A stretch of 64,000 nucleotides of DNA, from positions 292,715-356,714 of the forward strand of contig JADIYD010000009.1 of assembly GCA_016705475.1 (NCBI GenBank). Reading direction: 5' to 3'. Below, one piece after another: positions 61,205 through 64,000 of this stretch; within the stretch, counting starts at the first letter, position 1; each line of letters starts with the position of its first letter. The position numbers and the translations under genes were made by a program. The stretch is from Betaproteobacteria bacterium. Lineage in GTDB: Bacteria; Pseudomonadota; Gammaproteobacteria; Burkholderiales; Rhodocyclaceae. The notes beneath the pieces are model-generated. The model did no database searches. It saw nothing but the letters and a program-made list of their open reading frames with translations, and was not told where the DNA came from.

Positions 61205-64000
61205 ATGTCCGCTGTCCGGTTCCAGTTGCGACTGGGTGATCAGCTCGCCACCTTGATGGTTAGTGATGGCGTTTTGCCCTTGCTTGGTTTTTCGGCAGAG
61301 GATTTCAACAGTGGAAAAATTGCGCTGAGAGAGCGATTTCACGCCGACGATGCCGATATCGCCGAGCTTGTTTTTGGGCTCTCCATGGTACCCGGTGAGC
61401 ACACTTTCAACGCGAGTCCGAAATGCGGCCGGCCGCGTTCTCTGCGTTCGCGGGCAGTTCAGCAAGACAGTCCAGGCATCCGGACAGTTGCTGGTTGACC
61501 TTGATCTCGAAGATGCTCGCAAGTTGTACGACGGGCAGCGAAATGAGCCGATGATGGCCAATTTCGTGGCCATGATGGAGAACACTGACGACTTCATCTA
61601 TTTCAAGGATAGAAACCACGTATTTACCGGTGCCAGCCAGACTCTGGTTGCGCTTACGCATCCCGCCGAACACTGGACAGACCTTCTCGGCCAGACCGAT
61701 TATGATGTTTTTCCTGAGGCCTACGCCGACATTTACTATCGGCTTGAGAAGCAGGTCTTCTCGGGAATTGACGTTGCCCATGAGGTGCAGGGCTATGTGA
61801 CCAACGACGGGCGACAGGGCTGGGTCGACAATCGCAAGCATCCTCTGCGCAATGCACAGGGCGAAGTCACCGGTCTTTTCGGCATTGCCCGCGACGTAAC
61901 AGAAAAAATTCTTGCCGAGCAGGCCTTGCAGCGCGAACGCGAGAACCTCCAGTTGATCCTCGACTACGCGCCAATCGGGATTTGGCTGCAGAACGGCAAA
62001 GGCAGGATGAGTTTCGTCAATCGGGCCTTCTGTGAAGCGACCGGCATTCCCGAATCACGCTTTCTTGCGGTGGACCACTATGGCGAGCTGATTCCCGATG
62101 CGTTTCGCCAGCAATGCCTCGGCTCCGACGCCAAGGCGCTGGCCAATGCCGGTGTCAGCGTGACGCATCAGCGACTGCCCTTCGTTGATGGCAAGATCCA
62201 CGATTTGCGTGTGATCAAGGCGGTCAAGCGGGATGAATCGGGCGAGCCCGTGGCGCTTGTGGGACTCAGCCTGGATATTACCGAAGAATTGCGCCAGGAA
62301 GAGTTGTTGCGGTGGGAGCGGGATTACAGCAGCAACCTGCTGAACACGGTCGAGGCCATGATCATTGCCCTCGATCTGGATGGGCGGGTCATGTCGATAA
62401 ATCGCAAGGCCGGCGAAGTCCTTGGCTATTTGCCGCAGGAGCTGGTCGGTTTGGACTGGTTTGAAACCTGTCTGTTGCCTAGCCGGAATCCGGCACAACG
62501 GCGGGCTGTCTTTTTTCGATGCGGTGGTGCTGGCAGAAAACCGAACGGAGTATTTCGAGCATCCGGTCAGGACGCGCAGTGGCGATATCCGCCTGATCGG
62601 CTGGCATGCCTGTCCGATCCGTGATGAGCATGGCAAGGTCATGGGCGGAATTGGTTCCGGCGACGACATCACCGAGCGGCGACGCGCCGAAGCCGCTGCC
62701 GAGGCAGCCCTCAGACATTCCGCAACAGCGTTTTGCCACTGCCTTCAATGCCAGTCCGATCGCAGCATCGATCGCCAGGGTGGACGATGGGCGCATCCTC
62801 GAAGTCAATCGCAACTACGAAAGGGATTTTGGCTGGACGCCGGCCGACCTTATCGGCCATACCTCTCTCGAGCTCGGCTTCGTGGTCCGATGAGGCGAGT
62901 CGAACGGCATGGGTCAGTGTGCTTTTGCGAGACGGCCGGGTGGTCGACTGGGAAACGACGTGGTTGCATAAGAACGGTGAGCGCCGGGCAGTCAGCATTT
63001 CGGCCGAGATTACGGATCTGAACGGCGAAACCTGCATTCTTGCCTTTGTTGCCGATGTGACTGAACGCCGCGAAGCCGAGCGTATCCTGCGCAATCATCA
63101 CGCCGAATTGGAAGTCGAGGTACGGGAGCGCACGGCAGAACTAGCCGAGGCGAAGGAAGCAGCAGAAAAGGCCAGCCTTGCCCAAGAGCGCTTTCCTGGC
63201 CAACATGTCGCATGAAATTCGGACGCCGCTCAATGCGATATCCGGGATGGCCCATCTGATCACTCTGGCGCAACGAGCGAAGAGCAGGCGCAGCGGCTCG
63301 ACCAAGCTGGAGATGGCCAGCGCCCATCTGCTGAGCACCATCAACGCCGTTCTGGAGCTTTCCAAGATCGAGGCAGGCAAGTTTGCCCTTGAGGAGCAAC
63401 AGTTTGATGTCGGCGAGTTGCTGGCTGACACCATGGCGATCTTCCGCGATCGGGCCACGGAAAAGGGACTGTCGCTTGTGCTCGAGGCGGGGTTCCTGTG
63501 TTTTCGCTGCTTGGTGACGCGACCCGGCTCAGTCAGGCCCTGGTCAATTATGTTGGCAACGCCATCAAGTTCTCGATTCCGGCCAGATAAGCCTGCGTGT
63601 TCGGTGTCTCGCCGAAGATGATGACGCAGTGTTGATGCGTTTCGAGGGTTGCTGACAGCGGGATCGGCATTCCGCAGGAAGCCATCGGACGCCTGTTTTC
63701 CGCATTTGAGCAGGCCGACAACTCGACTACCCGTCGCTACGGTGGAACTGGCCTCGGCCTCGCCATCACCCAGAAACTGGCGCAAATGATGGGCGGTGAC
63801 GTCGGCGTCGAGAGTCGCGAGGGGGTGGGCAGCACTTTTTGGTTCTCGGCTCGTCTCAAAAAGGCAGATCATTGTCTCGGGAAGGCGCCGGGAAGAACTG
63901 CCGAAACGGCGGAGGCCGTGCTGATGAGGAGCATGCCAGGCGTCGCATCCTGCTCGTCGATGACAGGCCGATCAATCAGGAAGTAGCCCGGAATAATTCT
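61205..64000 (+). CDS. Multi-PAS hybrid sensor kinase, multiply frameshifted and cut by the window end
   Basis: Consecutive ORF fragments give several PAS/PAC domains, [14 protein letters not shown], the [19 protein letters not shown] region and the start of a REC domain. Confidence 0.82.

Overview
GC-rich chromosomal segment from a betaproteobacterium; gene content and order look Rhodocyclales, Dechloromonas/Azonexus-like (inference). About 1-31.3 kb is conserved core: TRAP dctQM, ndk-rlmN-pilW-rodZ-ispG-hisS-yfgM-bamB-der-hfq-hflXKC-hisZ-purA, tRNA-Leu(CAG), rnr, rlmB and an AcrAB/OprM-type RND pump with its AcrR-like repressor and operator. From about 31.3 to 41.3 kb is mosaic: flavodoxin-fold oxidoreductase/LysR pair, IS1182 remnant joined to a truncated methyltransferase, fumC, a CHASE hybrid kinase and ycaO. 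The main discovery candidate is an intact 12.6 kb minus-strand cluster (41525-54168). It opens, just behind a sigma54 -24/-12 promoter with two candidate enhancer sites, with a secreted protein made almost entirely of (Gly-Met-Ser) repeats (31 Met in about 121 mature residues). Behind it lie an unknown small exported protein, a pentaheme cytochrome c lipoprotein, a Tat-exported DmsA-like molybdoenzyme with an unusual C/C/H/C FS0 motif, a DmsB-like subunit, a TorD chaperone, an NrfC/NrfD/multiheme quinol-oxidising module, a CxxCH-containing sensor kinase and a sigma54 activator. I read it as a candidate periplasmic methionine/methionine-sulfoxide redox cycle (oxidant sponge recycled by respiration), analogous to but distinct from MrpX/MsrPQ; this function is inference and I cannot verify novelty without database searches. 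The right end carries an NsrR-boxed ccoG / nsrR-HPP locus, a cNMP-acetate kinase-PduL fusion and a multi-PAS hybrid kinase. Many single-base frameshifts there are probably sequencing indels. No CRISPR array or rRNA was seen.
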